DNA of 64,000 bases from Ruminococcaceae bacterium UBA1425 (GTDB lineage Bacteria; Bacillota; Clostridia; Oscillospirales; Acutalibacteraceae), in contig DCUB01000012.1 of assembly GCA_002329365.1 (NCBI GenBank), forward strand, positions 34,245 to 98,244. Direction: 5' to 3'. Below the pieces are notes generated by a model, which did not search any database, was not told the origin of the DNA, and worked only from the letters and a program-made list of their open reading frames with translations. Below, piece by piece: positions 48,888 to 58,863 of this stretch (the first letter of the stretch is position 1; the number at the start of each line of letters is the position of its first letter). The position numbers and the translations under genes were made by a program.

Positions 48888-50315
48888 CTAAAAGTTAAAG
48901 TAAATAAACGGGTTGTAGGTGCCCTTTATCATATAGGACACGGCGACGACGAACATCAGGAGCAGCGCAGCCGTGTAAGCCGCGTCTGCCGCGCGCCGAG
49001 TACGTTCACCCGCCGACATCAGCTTTTTGCGCAGGAGCGGAGCAACTGGCAGCGAAAACACGGCGGAGGCAACGAACATTACAAGGTTATTTTTAAGATA
49101 AAAGACGGTGTCGTCCGAAATAAAGGTTCCGCCGTTAAAGCCGAACATAGCTTTGAAGTATTCGCCGGCGGCGCCAAGGCTTTCCGCCCTGAATATAACC
49201 CAGCCGAAAATGACGAGCAGCATTGTATAAATGTATTTGGGTATGATTAACAGCCTGCCCTCTTTTTTCGGAATGCCTGAAAGCTTTTCGACAGTAAGAA
49301 TAACAAAATACATAAGCCCCCAGACAAGAAATGTCCAGTTTGCTCCGTGCCAGACACCGGTGAGGAACCAGACGACAAACAGGTTGAACACAAGCCTTGC
49401 CTTGGAATTGACGCGGCTTCCGCCAAGCGGAAAATAGACGTAGTCGCGAAACCATGTGCCGAGCGAGATGTGCCACCTGCGCCAGAACTCCGTTATGGAC
49501 TTTGAAATATACGGATAGTCGAAGTTTTCAAGAAAATGAAAGCCGAACATTCGCCCGAGACCGATGCCCATGTCGGAATAGCCCGCAAAGTCAAAAAATA
49601 TCTGGAACGTATATGCAAGCGCGCCGAGCCACGCGAAGGACGGGGAAATTGCATCCTTCGCGTCAAAGGCTGCGTCGGCTACCACAGCCATAGTATTGGC
49701 GAGCATGACTTTTTTAAGAAAGCCGACAATAAACCTCTCGACGCCCGTGGTGAAATCGGAAAGCGTTTCCTTCCTGTTTTTTATCTCGTTTGCGACGGTC
49801 TGATAGCGGACTATCGGACCTGCTATAAGCTGTGGGAAGAAAGATATGTAAAGGCCGACATTAAGCGGGTTCTTTTGCATTTCGCCGTCGTTTCTGTAAA
49901 CGTCGATGACGTATGAAAACGCCTGAAAGGTGAAAAACGAAATGCCTATCGGCAAGGTTATCTGAGGGACGGGAATCTGAAGCCCGAAAACGGAATTGAT
50001 GTTTTCGAGCGTGAATATAAGATATTTGAATATGAACATCAGACCGATGTTGAAAACAGCAGCCGCCGCAATGACGGCACGCGCTCTGACCTTGTTGTCC
50101 CTGTATTTTGCCGCGGGTAGCCCCAACGCCCAGTTAACAATTATCGACAGCATCATGACAAGCACGAACTTCGGCTCGCCCCACGCGTAGAATATGAGCG
50201 ACATTATGAGCAGGAATATGTTCTGAAGCAGCCTGCTTTTCCTGAAAATAACGTAATAGCCGAAGATAACAACGGGCAAAAACGCAAAAAGAAACACGGT
50301 GCTTGAAAAAAGCAT
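48888..50315 (-). CDS. MBOAT family O-acyltransferase (AlgI/DltB-like)
   Basis: Start at MLFSSTVFLF after GGAGGAG. Polytopic, with conserved His context (WRRWHISL). Confidence 0.88.
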   Translation of the reverse strand: MLFSSTVFLFAFLPVVIFGYYVIFRKSRLLQNIFLLIMSLIFYAWGEPKFVLVMMLSIIVNWALGLPAAKYRDNKVRARAVIAAAAVFNIGLMFIFKYLIFTLENINSVFGLQIPVPQITLPIGISFFTFQAFSYVIDVYRNDGEMQKNPLNVGLYISFFPQLIAGPIVRYQTVANEIKNRKETLSDFTTGVERFIVGFLKKVMLANTMAVVADAAFDAKDAISPSFAWLGALAYTFQIFFDFAGYSDMGIGLGRMFGFHFLENFDYPYISKSITEFWRRWHISLGTWFRDYVYFPLGGSRVNSKARLVFNLFVVWFLTGVWHGANWTFLVWGLMYFVILTVEKLSGIPKKEGRLLIIPKYIYTMLLVIFGWVIFRAESLGAAGEYFKAMFGFNGGTFISDDTVFYLKNNLVMFVASAVFSLPVAPLLRKKLMSAGERTRRAADAAYTAALLLMFVVAVSYMIKGTYNPFIYFNF

Positions 50316-50342
50316 TTTAGTCTCCTCCGTTAACGTCAACTA

Positions 50343-50846
50343 CTATTCTGCGTCGGAAATCTCAATCTCCCTGCCGTCGGAAGTCGTTATGATTATCGAG
50401 GGCATCGTCTGCGAGGGCTTGTTTTCGTTTCTGAAGTAGCTTGCGGCAAAAACAAGATTGAACATTTTTTTCTCGCCTGCCGCAATAGAAAACATTTCCC
50501 TGCCCGTCAGCTTTTCACGCGCGGGCGCCCTGCTGTCAAGAATCACACCGTTTTCAAAATCCTTTTTGAACAATCCGGCGATGCGAAAGCCGCTTTGCTC
50601 CTTGTCGGACGGATTATATAAGGTGATTCTGTAAGAAAGAAGCAGCTCATCGTTGCGTATTTCATACTGCTGGTATGAGCTGTTGGCGGTGACAATCTGC
50701 AGGTCGTCGGGCTTCGGCGCATTAGCGTTAGCCTTTTGCTTAAACGAAATAATAAGCGCGCCACCCGCGACAAGAGATATTACGGCAACTGCCGCAAGAA
50801 CGATTACAACTGTTTTGCGTTTTGAGCCTTGCTTCTTTTCTTCCAT
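50343..50846 (-). CDS. Membrane-anchored hypothetical protein (167 aa), first gene of the MBOAT locus
   Basis: N-terminal TM helix. GAGGG RBS. I recognise no family. Confidence 0.5.
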   Translation of the reverse strand: MEEKKQGSKRKTVVIVLAAVAVISLVAGGALIISFKQKANANAPKPDDLQIVTANSSYQQYEIRNDELLLSYRITLYNPSDKEQSGFRIAGLFKKDFENGVILDSRAPAREKLTGREMFSIAAGEKKMFNLVFAASYFRNENKPSQTMPSIIITTSDGREIEISDAE

Positions 50847-50868
50847 AACACACCCTCACTTCCATATT

Positions 50869-51006
50869 CGGTAGGGATTGCATTTATGCGTTCCGAAAAC
50901 GTATCGGAATTACACCGACGCAGGGACACGTCACGCTGTGTCCGAAGCTAAAAAATGCCTTGCAAAACGGTCAGGACGCACAACGGTCAAGACCGTTCCC
51001 TACAAT
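50869..51006. repeat. REP-like cluster (units 50869-50899, 50919-50948, 50960-51006)
   Basis: GGTAGGGATTGCATTTATGCGTTCCGAAAAC; CGCAGGGACACGTCACGCTGTGTCCGAAGC; TTGCAAAACGGTCAGGACGCACAACGGTCAAGACCGTTCCCTACAAT. Confidence 0.85.
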
Positions 51007-51010
51007 ATAT

Positions 51011-52390
51011 TTAAAACACAAGCTTTTCAGAAATGAAGCCTTCGAGCCCGTCTATCGGAAGCCTTACCTGCTCCATTGTGTCGCGGTCGCGCACGGTAAC
51101 GCAGCCGTCCTCAAGCGAGCCGAAGTCGAAGGTTACGCAAAACGGAGTGCCGATTTCGTCCTGCCTGCGGTAACGCTTGCCGATGGAACCCGCGTCGTCG
51201 TAATCGCACATGAATTTTTTCGAAAGCTTGTGGTATATCTTTTCGGCGTTTTCGCCGAGCTTTTTCGAAAGCGGAAGCACCGCCGCCTTGACGGGCGCGA
51301 GCGCGGGATGAAGACGAAGAACGACTCTTGTGTCGCCCTTGTCGGCGTCTACAACTTCCTCGTCGTAAGCGTCGCAGAGGAACGCAAGCGCAACCCTGTC
51401 GGCGCCCAGCGACGGCTCTATGACATATGGAAGGTATTTTTCGTTCGACTCCTGGTCGAAATACTCAAGGCTCTTGCCCGAGGTGTTCTGATGCTGTGTG
51501 AGGTCGAAGTCGGTACGGCTCGCGACGCCCCAAAGCTCGCCCCAGCCGAACGGGAAAAGATACTCGAAATCGGTGGTGGCGTTCGAGTAGTGGGAAAGCT
51601 CCTCCTTCTCGTGGTCGCGAAGGCGGAGGTTTTCGGGCCTCATGCCGAGCGAGTAGAGCCAGTCGCGGCAGAAGGTTTTCCAGAAATCGAACCACTGAAG
51701 CTCGGAGCCGGGCTTGCAGAAGAATTCAAGCTCCATCTGCTCGAACTCGCGCGTGCGGAAGATGAAGTTGCCGGGCGTTATCTCGTTGCGGAAGCTCTTG
51801 CCTATCTGGCAGACGCCGAACGGCACCTTGCGGCGCGTTGTGCGCTGTATGTTCGGGAAGTTAACGAAAATCCCCTGCGCCGTTTCGGGGCGGAGATAAA
51901 GCTCGTTCTTCGCGTCCTCCGTTACACCCTGGAAGGTTTTGAACATAAGATTGAACTTTCTTATCTCGGTGAAGTTTAAGCCGCCGCAGTCGGGACAGGC
52001 TATTTTGTTGTCGGCTATATATTTTGACATCTCGTCAAAGCTCCAGCCCGCGGGGTTCGCGCCCGCGTCCTCAATCAGCTTGTCTGCCCTGTGGCGCGTT
52101 TTGCATTCCTTGCAGTCCATAAGCGGGTCTGAAAAACCGCCGACGTGACCGGATGCCACCCATGTTGTGGGGTTCATCAGTATCGCCGAATCAAGCCCGA
52201 CATTGTAGGGGCTTTCCTGCACAAACTTCTGCCACCACGCGCGCTTTACGTTGTTTTTGAACTCGACGCCAAGCGGACCGTAGTCCCATGTGTTTGAAAG
52301 CCCGCCGTAAATCTCGCTTCCGGCATACACAAAGCCTCTGCCCTTGCACAGCGCGACAATAGCGTCCATTGTCTTTTTTGAATTGTCCAT
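51011..52390 (-). CDS. glyQS: Glycine--tRNA ligase (dimeric class II, GlyQS type)
   Basis: [25 protein letters not shown]-terminus. 459 aa. Confidence 0.93.
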   Translation of the reverse strand: MDNSKKTMDAIVALCKGRGFVYAGSEIYGGLSNTWDYGPLGVEFKNNVKRAWWQKFVQESPYNVGLDSAILMNPTTWVASGHVGGFSDPLMDCKECKTRHRADKLIEDAGANPAGWSFDEMSKYIADNKIACPDCGGLNFTEIRKFNLMFKTFQGVTEDAKNELYLRPETAQGIFVNFPNIQRTTRRKVPFGVCQIGKSFRNEITPGNFIFRTREFEQMELEFFCKPGSELQWFDFWKTFCRDWLYSLGMRPENLRLRDHEKEELSHYSNATTDFEYLFPFGWGELWGVASRTDFDLTQHQNTSGKSLEYFDQESNEKYLPYVIEPSLGADRVALAFLCDAYDEEVVDADKGDTRVVLRLHPALAPVKAAVLPLSKKLGENAEKIYHKLSKKFMCDYDDAGSIGKRYRRQDEIGTPFCVTFDFGSLEDGCVTVRDRDTMEQVRLPIDGLEGFISEKLVF

Positions 52391-52459
52391 AATTCAAAGC
52401 ATCTCCTCGGGATATTTACATATATACATATCGGAATAACAACATTTGCGGTAACAGCC

Positions 52460-53143
52460 TTATACGCGGAACCTTGCCGCAAGCTCGTCGCGTATTTCCT
52501 TCGGCATGGCAACGCAAAGCCCCGCTATGATAGCCGCGCAGACGGCAACGGCTGCGGCGCACCACCAAGGGGTGTAGCCGTAAGCAAGACAAATAACAAG
52601 CAGTAAAACGTTGCAGGCGCCTATCGCTATTAAATGCGTCGCGGCGTTTTTGCGTCTTTGGGGAAAGAAGAACAGCCCAACAAAAAGTATCACGGCGGCG
52701 GAAAGGCTCAAAAGCGGTATTCCGAAGCGGATCGCGGGGCCGAAATTGCCGAGGTGCGATTTGCTGAACCACAGCATCAGCAGGGAAAGATAAACGGCGT
52801 CGTGGATTATATAGCTTCCGAAATAAAGCTTTTTTATGAACACGGGACGGAACACAATCGCCCACACGCACGGCAATATAAACACCGCCCACATGGCGTT
52901 TGAAACTGTTTTGTTAATCAGACAGTCGGCGGCAATGGCTGCTGCTGACGATATCAGATACACCGCTGAGAAAATGCCGAAATACCAGGGCGGATTTTTC
53001 CTGTAAACTATATCGGGATACTCGGCCGTGCGCTGCCCTTTTATGAGCGGCTCTTCGTTTTCGGCGGGAGAACCGCAAAGAGGACACCTTTTATATTCTT
53101 CCCCGAGGTCAACGTTGCATTTTTTGCATCTCATCATGACCAC
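52460..53143 (-). CDS. Zinc-ribbon plus polytopic membrane protein (resembles DUF6320-type proteins)
   Basis: N-terminal CKKC...CPLC followed by about 6 hydrophobic helices. Overlaps the upstream acyltransferase by 10 nt. Confidence 0.6.
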   Translation of the reverse strand: MVMMRCKKCNVDLGEEYKRCPLCGSPAENEEPLIKGQRTAEYPDIVYRKNPPWYFGIFSAVYLISSAAAIAADCLINKTVSNAMWAVFILPCVWAIVFRPVFIKKLYFGSYIIHDAVYLSLLMLWFSKSHLGNFGPAIRFGIPLLSLSAAVILFVGLFFFPQRRKNAATHLIAIGACNVLLLVICLAYGYTPWWCAAAVAVCAAIIAGLCVAMPKEIRDELAARFRV

Positions 53144-54447
53144 GCCTCCTTGTTGTTTGTTTCGACGCGGACACGAATGCCCTTTGACGTAAGAAACGTG
53201 AAGAAGTTCCTCGGGATATCGAACCTCTTTGAAGAGCCGGTAAAAGTAAAGTTAAGCGTTTCGTCAAGACAGCCTATGGCGCACGCCAGCGTTTCGCGCG
53301 GCGCGCCTCCGAGCAGCACCTCAATGCGGTCGATATGCTCGCGCATTTCGGGCGGCATTTTGCATATGCCGAGATTTGTCATACAGCACAAAAACTTTCT
53401 TTGCCCGACAAGATGATAAGCCGCTTTAAGAAGCGGTCGCTTCAGGATGTTCGGAAGGAATCGGACGGCGGGGTTGTTCGCGCTGCCGACGTTCCTCTTT
53501 ATCGGGATGAGCATTGCATCCGGGTTTACGTCGGCCTTGATTTTTCCCCTTATCGACTCTACTATATCGTCAAACGTGGTGGAGCCGTCAGCCTTGGGGA
53601 CAAAGCCTATATTCGTGAACAGCGAAAAGTTGCGGAGCGTATCGTAGCCGAAAACGGGGCGCAGACTTATCGGTACAGACACCTTTATCGGCTTTTTGTT
53701 TTTGGGGTTATCGAGGTAAATGGAGTAGAGCAGCACAGCGGCGAAATAATCGGTTATCGTAAGCCCTAACGGCTTGCACTGAGCCTTTAAATCCTCGACG
53801 GGAATAATGCCGTGAACAGCCTGAAAATAGTTCGGGATTGTTTTGACCCTGTACTGATAGCTCGCTTCTTCTTTTTTCAGGGCGGGAACGTCCTTTTTGT
53901 AAAGCTTTTGGAAGACGTCCTCGTGCTCGTACTCCTTCGGCTCCTCGCCGATGTCTATAAAGTCGCCGTTTTTCGGGATATTATATCCCTTCAGCTCAAG
54001 GTACCGCGCCACAAGTGTTTTCAGAAAAATGAGTGTCGCTCCCCCGTCGGAAACGGAATGGAACATTTCTATTCCTATGCGGCGTTTGTAATATATGATT
54101 CTGAACGCGGGCTTGTCCGTTTCAACGAGCGACGCCCTGTGGCAAGGGTATTCGGACTCCTCGACAACAACGTCGGTGTCGTCGACGCGCTCAAGGTAAT
54201 ACCAGAAAAGCCCCGTGCGGAGCTGGACAAAAAACGACGGAAACCGCGGGGCGATATCGTCGACGGCGCGCCGCAGAAGCTCAGGGTCTGCGTTCTCATT
54301 AATTACAAAGGTTATCCTGAATGTGCAGGCGTATGTCCTTGTTCTGGCGGCGGGGTATATTGTTGCTGCGTTGTCGAGCCTGAACCAGTGCGGAACAACG
54401 TATTTTCCCTTTGCTCCGACTGTCCCGGTCGCTTCCGTACCGAGCAT
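53134..54447 (-). CDS. HxxxD acyltransferase (alcohol acetyltransferase / condensation-domain-like), paralog of 4079-5371
   Basis: WFRLDNAATIYPA N-terminal motif. HSVSDG (HxxxDG). The FPSFFVQLRTGLFWYYLE block parallels FPCFDVRIRRGFFWYYFE in the paralog. Confidence 0.7.
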   Translation of the reverse strand: MLGTEATGTVGAKGKYVVPHWFRLDNAATIYPAARTRTYACTFRITFVINENADPELLRRAVDDIAPRFPSFFVQLRTGLFWYYLERVDDTDVVVEESEYPCHRASLVETDKPAFRIIYYKRRIGIEMFHSVSDGGATLIFLKTLVARYLELKGYNIPKNGDFIDIGEEPKEYEHEDVFQKLYKKDVPALKKEEASYQYRVKTIPNYFQAVHGIIPVEDLKAQCKPLGLTITDYFAAVLLYSIYLDNPKNKKPIKVSVPISLRPVFGYDTLRNFSLFTNIGFVPKADGSTTFDDIVESIRGKIKADVNPDAMLIPIKRNVGSANNPAVRFLPNILKRPLLKAAYHLVGQRKFLCCMTNLGICKMPPEMREHIDRIEVLLGGAPRETLACAIGCLDETLNFTFTGSSKRFDIPRNFFTFLTSKGIRVRVETNNKEAWS

Positions 54448-54677
54448 CAGCTATCACTCCTTGACTGTAGTTAAGGGCATAAACCCGCATGACACAGTGT
54501 ACATTATCAACACCCGGAAGTCAAGTTTTTTGTACATGCTTCATATGACAATGGCGTAGTTTTTGCAAAAACGAGTCTTATAACGGCGATTTATGTTTGA
54601 CACATTTTGACTGTTGTTATATAATGTACACTGAATTGAAAATCATGAAATACGGAAGACAGGATGTAAACAAAACA

Positions 54678-56165
54678 ATGGTAAGAACGGGATTTGACAA
54701 CAACGAGTACATAAAAAGGCAATCCGAGCAAATCAGCCGGCGCATAAAGGACTTCGGCGGCAAGCTTTATCTTGAATTCGGCGGCAAGCTTTTTGACGAC
54801 TATCACGCGTCGAGGGTCCTGCCGGGGTTCCAGCCCGACAGCAAGCTTTGGATGCTCAAAAATATCGCGTCGGACGTTGAAATTGTCGTCGTCATAAACG
54901 CCTGCGATATCGAAAACAACAAAAAGCGGCGCGACTTCGGAATCACCTACGACAACGACGCGCTCCGCCTTATCGACGCCTTCAGGGGCATAGGGCTTTA
55001 TGTCGGCAGCGTCGTGATAACCCAGTTTTCCGGTCAGCCGGCGGCAAAAAAGTTCAAGGAGCTGCTCGAACGGCTAAAAATCAAGGTCTTTCTTCATTAT
55101 GTCATTGACGGATATCCGCTCAACATATCGAACATTGTCAGCGAAAAGGGCTTCGGGAAAAACGAATACATCATAACCGAGCGCCCGCTCGTCGTAATAA
55201 CGGCGCCCGGTCCCGGAAGCGGCAAAATGGCAACGTGCCTTTCGCAGCTTTACCACGAAAACTTAAGGGGCATCAAGGCGGGATACGCCAAATTTGAAAC
55301 CTTCCCTATCTGGAATCTGCCCTTAAAGCATCCCGTAAACCTTGCCTACGAGGCGGCAACCGCAGACCTGAACGACGTCAACATGATAGACCCGTATCAC
55401 CTTGAGGCTTACGGAAAAACAACCGTGAACTATAACAGGGACGTTGAGGTCTTTCCCGTATTGAACGCTATCTTCGACAAAATTTACGGAAGCTCGCCCT
55501 ATAAATCGCCCACCGACATGGGCGTCAACATGGCAGGCTTCTGCATAATCGACGACGACGCCGTGTGCGAGGCCTCCCGCTGCGAGATAGTCAGAAGGTA
55601 TTTCTGCGCCCTTTGCGACTACAAAAGCGGCAAGGGAACGCGCGAGGCAGTCGACAAAACGGAGCTTCTTATGAAGCAGGCAGGCGTTTCGCCCGATGAC
55701 AGGGCTGTCGTCGCCGCGGCAGCGGTAAGAAGCGAGGAAACGGGAGGGCAGCCGGCCATGGCTATCGAGCTGCCTGACGGCAGCATTGTAACGGGAAAAA
55801 CGTCAAGCCTGCTCGGAGCCTCCTCCGCGGCGCTTCTCAACGCCGTCAAGAGCCTCGCGGGGATTGAAAAATCGGTTCACCTCATAAACCCGTACGTCAT
55901 AGAGCCTATACAAAGCCTTAAAATAGACTACCTCGGCAACCGCAATCCGCGTCTTCATTCCGACGAGGTCCTCGTGGCTCTCGCCATCTGCGCCGCGGGC
56001 GACAAAAACGCTGCTCTTGCCATGAAGCAGCTTGCGCTGCTGCGCTGCTGCGAGGCTCATTCGACGGTAATGCTGTCGCAGGCGGACGAGGAAACCTTCC
56101 GCAGGCTCGGCATTAACCTTACCTGCGAGCCGCAGTATCAGACAAGCAAGCTGTTCCACGGCTGA
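54678..56165 (+). CDS. DUF1846 (UPF0371) domain-containing protein
   Basis: GFDNNEYIKRQSEQI...KLYLEFGGKLFDDYHASRVLPGFQPD is the typical family N-terminus. Confidence 0.8.
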   Translation: MVRTGFDNNEYIKRQSEQISRRIKDFGGKLYLEFGGKLFDDYHASRVLPGFQPDSKLWMLKNIASDVEIVVVINACDIENNKKRRDFGITYDNDALRLIDAFRGIGLYVGSVVITQFSGQPAAKKFKELLERLKIKVFLHYVIDGYPLNISNIVSEKGFGKNEYIITERPLVVITAPGPGSGKMATCLSQLYHENLRGIKAGYAKFETFPIWNLPLKHPVNLAYEAATADLNDVNMIDPYHLEAYGKTTVNYNRDVEVFPVLNAIFDKIYGSSPYKSPTDMGVNMAGFCIIDDDAVCEASRCEIVRRYFCALCDYKSGKGTREAVDKTELLMKQAGVSPDDRAVVAAAAVRSEETGGQPAMAIELPDGSIVTGKTSSLLGASSAALLNAVKSLAGIEKSVHLINPYVIEPIQSLKIDYLGNRNPRLHSDEVLVALAICAAGDKNAALAMKQLALLRCCEAHSTVMLSQADEETFRRLGINLTCEPQYQTSKLFHG

Positions 56166-56247
56166 GCCTTTTTGCTGCTACATTATAAAAATACAAGGAC
56201 TGTATCAAGCTTTGATGATACAGCTCCTATTTTTTATATCGCGGAGG

Positions 56248-56931
56248 TCATATAATGTCGTTCATAAGCAGCAGCGCCAAAACGCACGAAGCTATAATAA
56301 ACACCGCTATCAATACGGCCGCCACCGTTGCCTTGCCCTGCCTTGCGGAGCCTTCGTTCTTCGGCATCAGCCTTGCCGCGCGCAGAGCCGATACGACGGG
56401 CTTATACAAAAGCAGCGTTACCGCCATGTTGAGCGAGCCCTTGATAAGGTTGAACGGCAGAAAAACGGGCACAAGCATTTCCGCCACCGCGGCTCTCGGC
56501 ATACCCATATAAATCGGCGTCAGGAGGTAATTCCACAGCAGCATCACAACAACCATAAGGGCTGTACCAAGCGCGAGGCCGGTAACCGCCGCAGCAAGAT
56601 TTTTTCTTTTTATGTATATCAGCGACGCAGGCAGCACAAAAGCCCATGTCGAAAGAACGTTCATAACGAAGCCTATCCAGCCCGTCGTGCTGAAGGTAAC
56701 CATCTCAAGAAGCGAAACTACGACTGATATAACCATCGCGGGCAGCGGACCGAAAAGAAGCCCGCCCATAGCTATAACGACATCCTTAGGGTCGTATTTC
56801 AGGAAAGGCGCCGAAGGAAGCAGCGGCGGCATCGTATGGTGTGATATTGATACGAGTACATACGCCGCCGCGCATATCATAGCGCATGTAACCATGGTCT
56901 GGGTGGAAAGGCCCTTGCCTTTTTTGTTCAT
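56248..56931 (-). CDS. ECF transporter S component (substrate unknown)
   Basis: About 6 TM, size and hydrophobic pattern typical of S components. No adjacent EcfA/T genes. Confidence 0.55.
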   Translation of the reverse strand: MNKKGKGLSTQTMVTCAMICAAAYVLVSISHHTMPPLLPSAPFLKYDPKDVVIAMGGLLFGPLPAMVISVVVSLLEMVTFSTTGWIGFVMNVLSTWAFVLPASLIYIKRKNLAAAVTGLALGTALMVVVMLLWNYLLTPIYMGMPRAAVAEMLVPVFLPFNLIKGSLNMAVTLLLYKPVVSALRAARLMPKNEGSARQGKATVAAVLIAVFIIASCVLALLLMNDII

Positions 56932-56960
56932 TTTACACACATCCTTTTTGCCCTCTAAGT

Positions 56961-57470
56961 TTATATTAATTTATCCCTTGCGTTTTTCAGTCTGCCGACG
57001 GCGAACTGCGCGCACAGACCGGTGAACACGCCAGTAACAATAGCCGACAGCAGGAGCGCCGGGAAATACCAGAACACCTTCATACTGCCGAGCATCACCG
57101 CCGCCGCCGAAAGCTGCCCTATATTGTGGGAAATAGCCCCGAATACGCTTAAAGCCCACAAGCGGTTCCCCGAAAGCGCGCGAAGCATAAGGGACATTAC
57201 GATATAGCAGCAGACGCCGCCCGACATGCTGTAAACAAGGCTTGCCGCCGTGCCGCCGAAAACGCTGCCGAGAACGATTCGCACAAACAGAACGGCGGCT
57301 GCGTCTTTTTTGCCGAACAGCGACATGGTAACAAGCGTTACGACATTCGCGAGACCGAGCTTTATCCCCGGCACAGCGACAGGCACCGGAATCTGAGCCT
57401 CTATAATAAACACAACAAGCGCCGAAGCGGCAAGCACCGCGTCCGCCGCAAGCCTTTTTGTGTTCATCAT
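56961..57470 (-). CDS. Gx transporter family protein (heptaprenyl diphosphate synthase component I-like)
   Basis: IIEAQIPVPVAVPGIKLGLANVVTLV motif. Confidence 0.7.
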   Translation of the reverse strand: MMNTKRLAADAVLAASALVVFIIEAQIPVPVAVPGIKLGLANVVTLVTMSLFGKKDAAAVLFVRIVLGSVFGGTAASLVYSMSGGVCCYIVMSLMLRALSGNRLWALSVFGAISHNIGQLSAAAVMLGSMKVFWYFPALLLSAIVTGVFTGLCAQFAVGRLKNARDKLI

Positions 57471-57660
57471 CTCACCCTCAGATTTTACGAATAAAGCATT
57501 GAATTTTATTTTAGCGTGAATTAATAAAATAGTCAATCAAAATTACGGCTTTTATGCCGTATACTGCGTAACATAGTACAAAAAAGCAGAACTTTTTACA
57601 AGAAAACGATATGCCTCTTGCTGTATATTATCTTTATTGATTCAGGGAAGGTAATATTAT

Positions 57661-58677
57661 ATGAACATGTCACAGTGGAGAAGCTCGGTTCTTGATTCAA
57701 AAATAAAAAAGCCCATGCCCGTTTTGTCATACCCGGGAATACAAAAGCTCGGCGTTACGGTCAGGGAGCTTATAGGCGACAGCTCGCTTATGGCGGAATG
57801 CATGGCTTCGGTCGCGGCGGAGGCGAACCTGCTCGCATCCGTCAGCTTTATGGATTTGTCGGTTGAGGCAGAATGCTTCGGCTGCGAAGCAATTGTAACG
57901 GATTATGAGGTTCCGGCAATCGGCGCGCCTATTGTTTCAAGCCTTGAGGACGCCGAAGGGCTGCGCGTGCCGGCCGTGGGCTACGGCAGAACGGGTGTTT
58001 GCCTTGACGCAATCGAAAAGGCGAAAAAGCTGATTACGGACCGCCCCGTTTTTGCGGGCTGCATAGGCCCGTTCAGCCTTGCCGGCAGGCTTATTGGCGT
58101 CAGCGAAGCTATGATTTACTGCTACGAGGAGCCGGAAATATTGGAAATAGTTCTGCAAAAATGCACTGAATTCATTACAGCATATATAAAGGAGTTCAAA
58201 CGGCGCGGCGCCGACGGCATTATTCTCTGCGAGCCGCTTTCGGGTATGGTTTCGCCCGCTCACGAGGAGGAGTTTTCCGCGCCGTATGTTAAAAAAATCG
58301 CGCAAGAGGTGCAGGACGACAGCTTTATGATTGTCTATCACAACTGCGGCAACTTTACATACAGGATGACGGAATCCATAAGTCATAACGGCTGCAAGGC
58401 ATTTCACTTCGGCAACGCCATTGATATTAAGGTTATGCTTGACACGTTCCCGGACGACTCGCTTGTACTCGGCAACATCAGCCCGTCCGACATGTTCGTA
58501 AACGGCACGCCCGAAACAATGAGGGCCGCGACGGAGGAGCTTATGCATAGATGCGGCAGGTACAGGAATTTTATCCCGTCCTCCGGCTGCGATATCCCGC
58601 CAAAAGCTTCGTGGGATAATATCATGGCGTTTATCGGGGCTGCAAACGGGTACTACCTTTCGAACAATCAGAGTTGA
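57661..58677 (+). CDS. Uroporphyrinogen decarboxylase (URO-D) family protein, MtaA/MT2-like methylcobamide methyltransferase type
   Basis: URO-D fold length (338 aa). Candidate Zn ligands H-x-C (YHNCGN) and a distal C (SSGCDIP). Confidence 0.7.
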   Translation: MNMSQWRSSVLDSKIKKPMPVLSYPGIQKLGVTVRELIGDSSLMAECMASVAAEANLLASVSFMDLSVEAECFGCEAIVTDYEVPAIGAPIVSSLEDAEGLRVPAVGYGRTGVCLDAIEKAKKLITDRPVFAGCIGPFSLAGRLIGVSEAMIYCYEEPEILEIVLQKCTEFITAYIKEFKRRGADGIILCEPLSGMVSPAHEEEFSAPYVKKIAQEVQDDSFMIVYHNCGNFTYRMTESISHNGCKAFHFGNAIDIKVMLDTFPDDSLVLGNISPSDMFVNGTPETMRAATEELMHRCGRYRNFIPSSGCDIPPKASWDNIMAFIGAANGYYLSNNQS

Positions 58678-58700
58678 GGGATAGAAGCACCGTTTCCATG

Positions 58701-58848
58701 CTGTCATCCTGAGGAGCAAAGTGACGTCCCCCGGCTGTCATCCTGAGGAGCGAAGTGACGAAGGATCTTTCCTTAAGATTCTTCGCTTCGCTCAGAATGA
58801 CAGGTGTACCTCAGAATGACAGGTGTACCTCAGAATAACAGGTGTACT
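58701..58848. repeat. Family B repeat cluster: two direct copies of CTGTCATCCTGAGGAGCRAAGTGACG, an inverted partner, and three tandem 19-mers (TCAGAATGACAGGTGTACC) at 58792-58848
   Basis: Direct reading. Sits between convergent genes. Confidence 0.85.
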
Positions 58849-58863
58849 CTCGGACGATTTTCC

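Noticed and set aside
50960-51979. 339-aa plus-strand ORF overlapping glyQS
   Set aside because: It is antisense to a clearly identified glycyl-tRNA synthetase. It has no recognisable motifs, and its start falls inside a REP element.
57471-57660. Looked for a riboswitch (THF, FMN or other) upstream of the Gx-transporter/ECF S-component operon
   Set aside because: The available leader is only about 105 nt after a plausible TTGTAA-17-TACTAT promoter. I recognise no conserved riboswitch core, only a small TACGGC/GCCGTA hairpin. I cannot exclude one without a covariance-model search.
57937-58719. 260-aa minus-strand ORF overlapping the URO-D gene. Likewise 39162-39827 opposite the chromate transporter, 40953-41600 opposite the lipoprotein, and 13243-13731 and 14178-14621 opposite TIM-barrel/nfo genes
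   Set aside because: These are antisense shadows of better-supported genes, with no family features.
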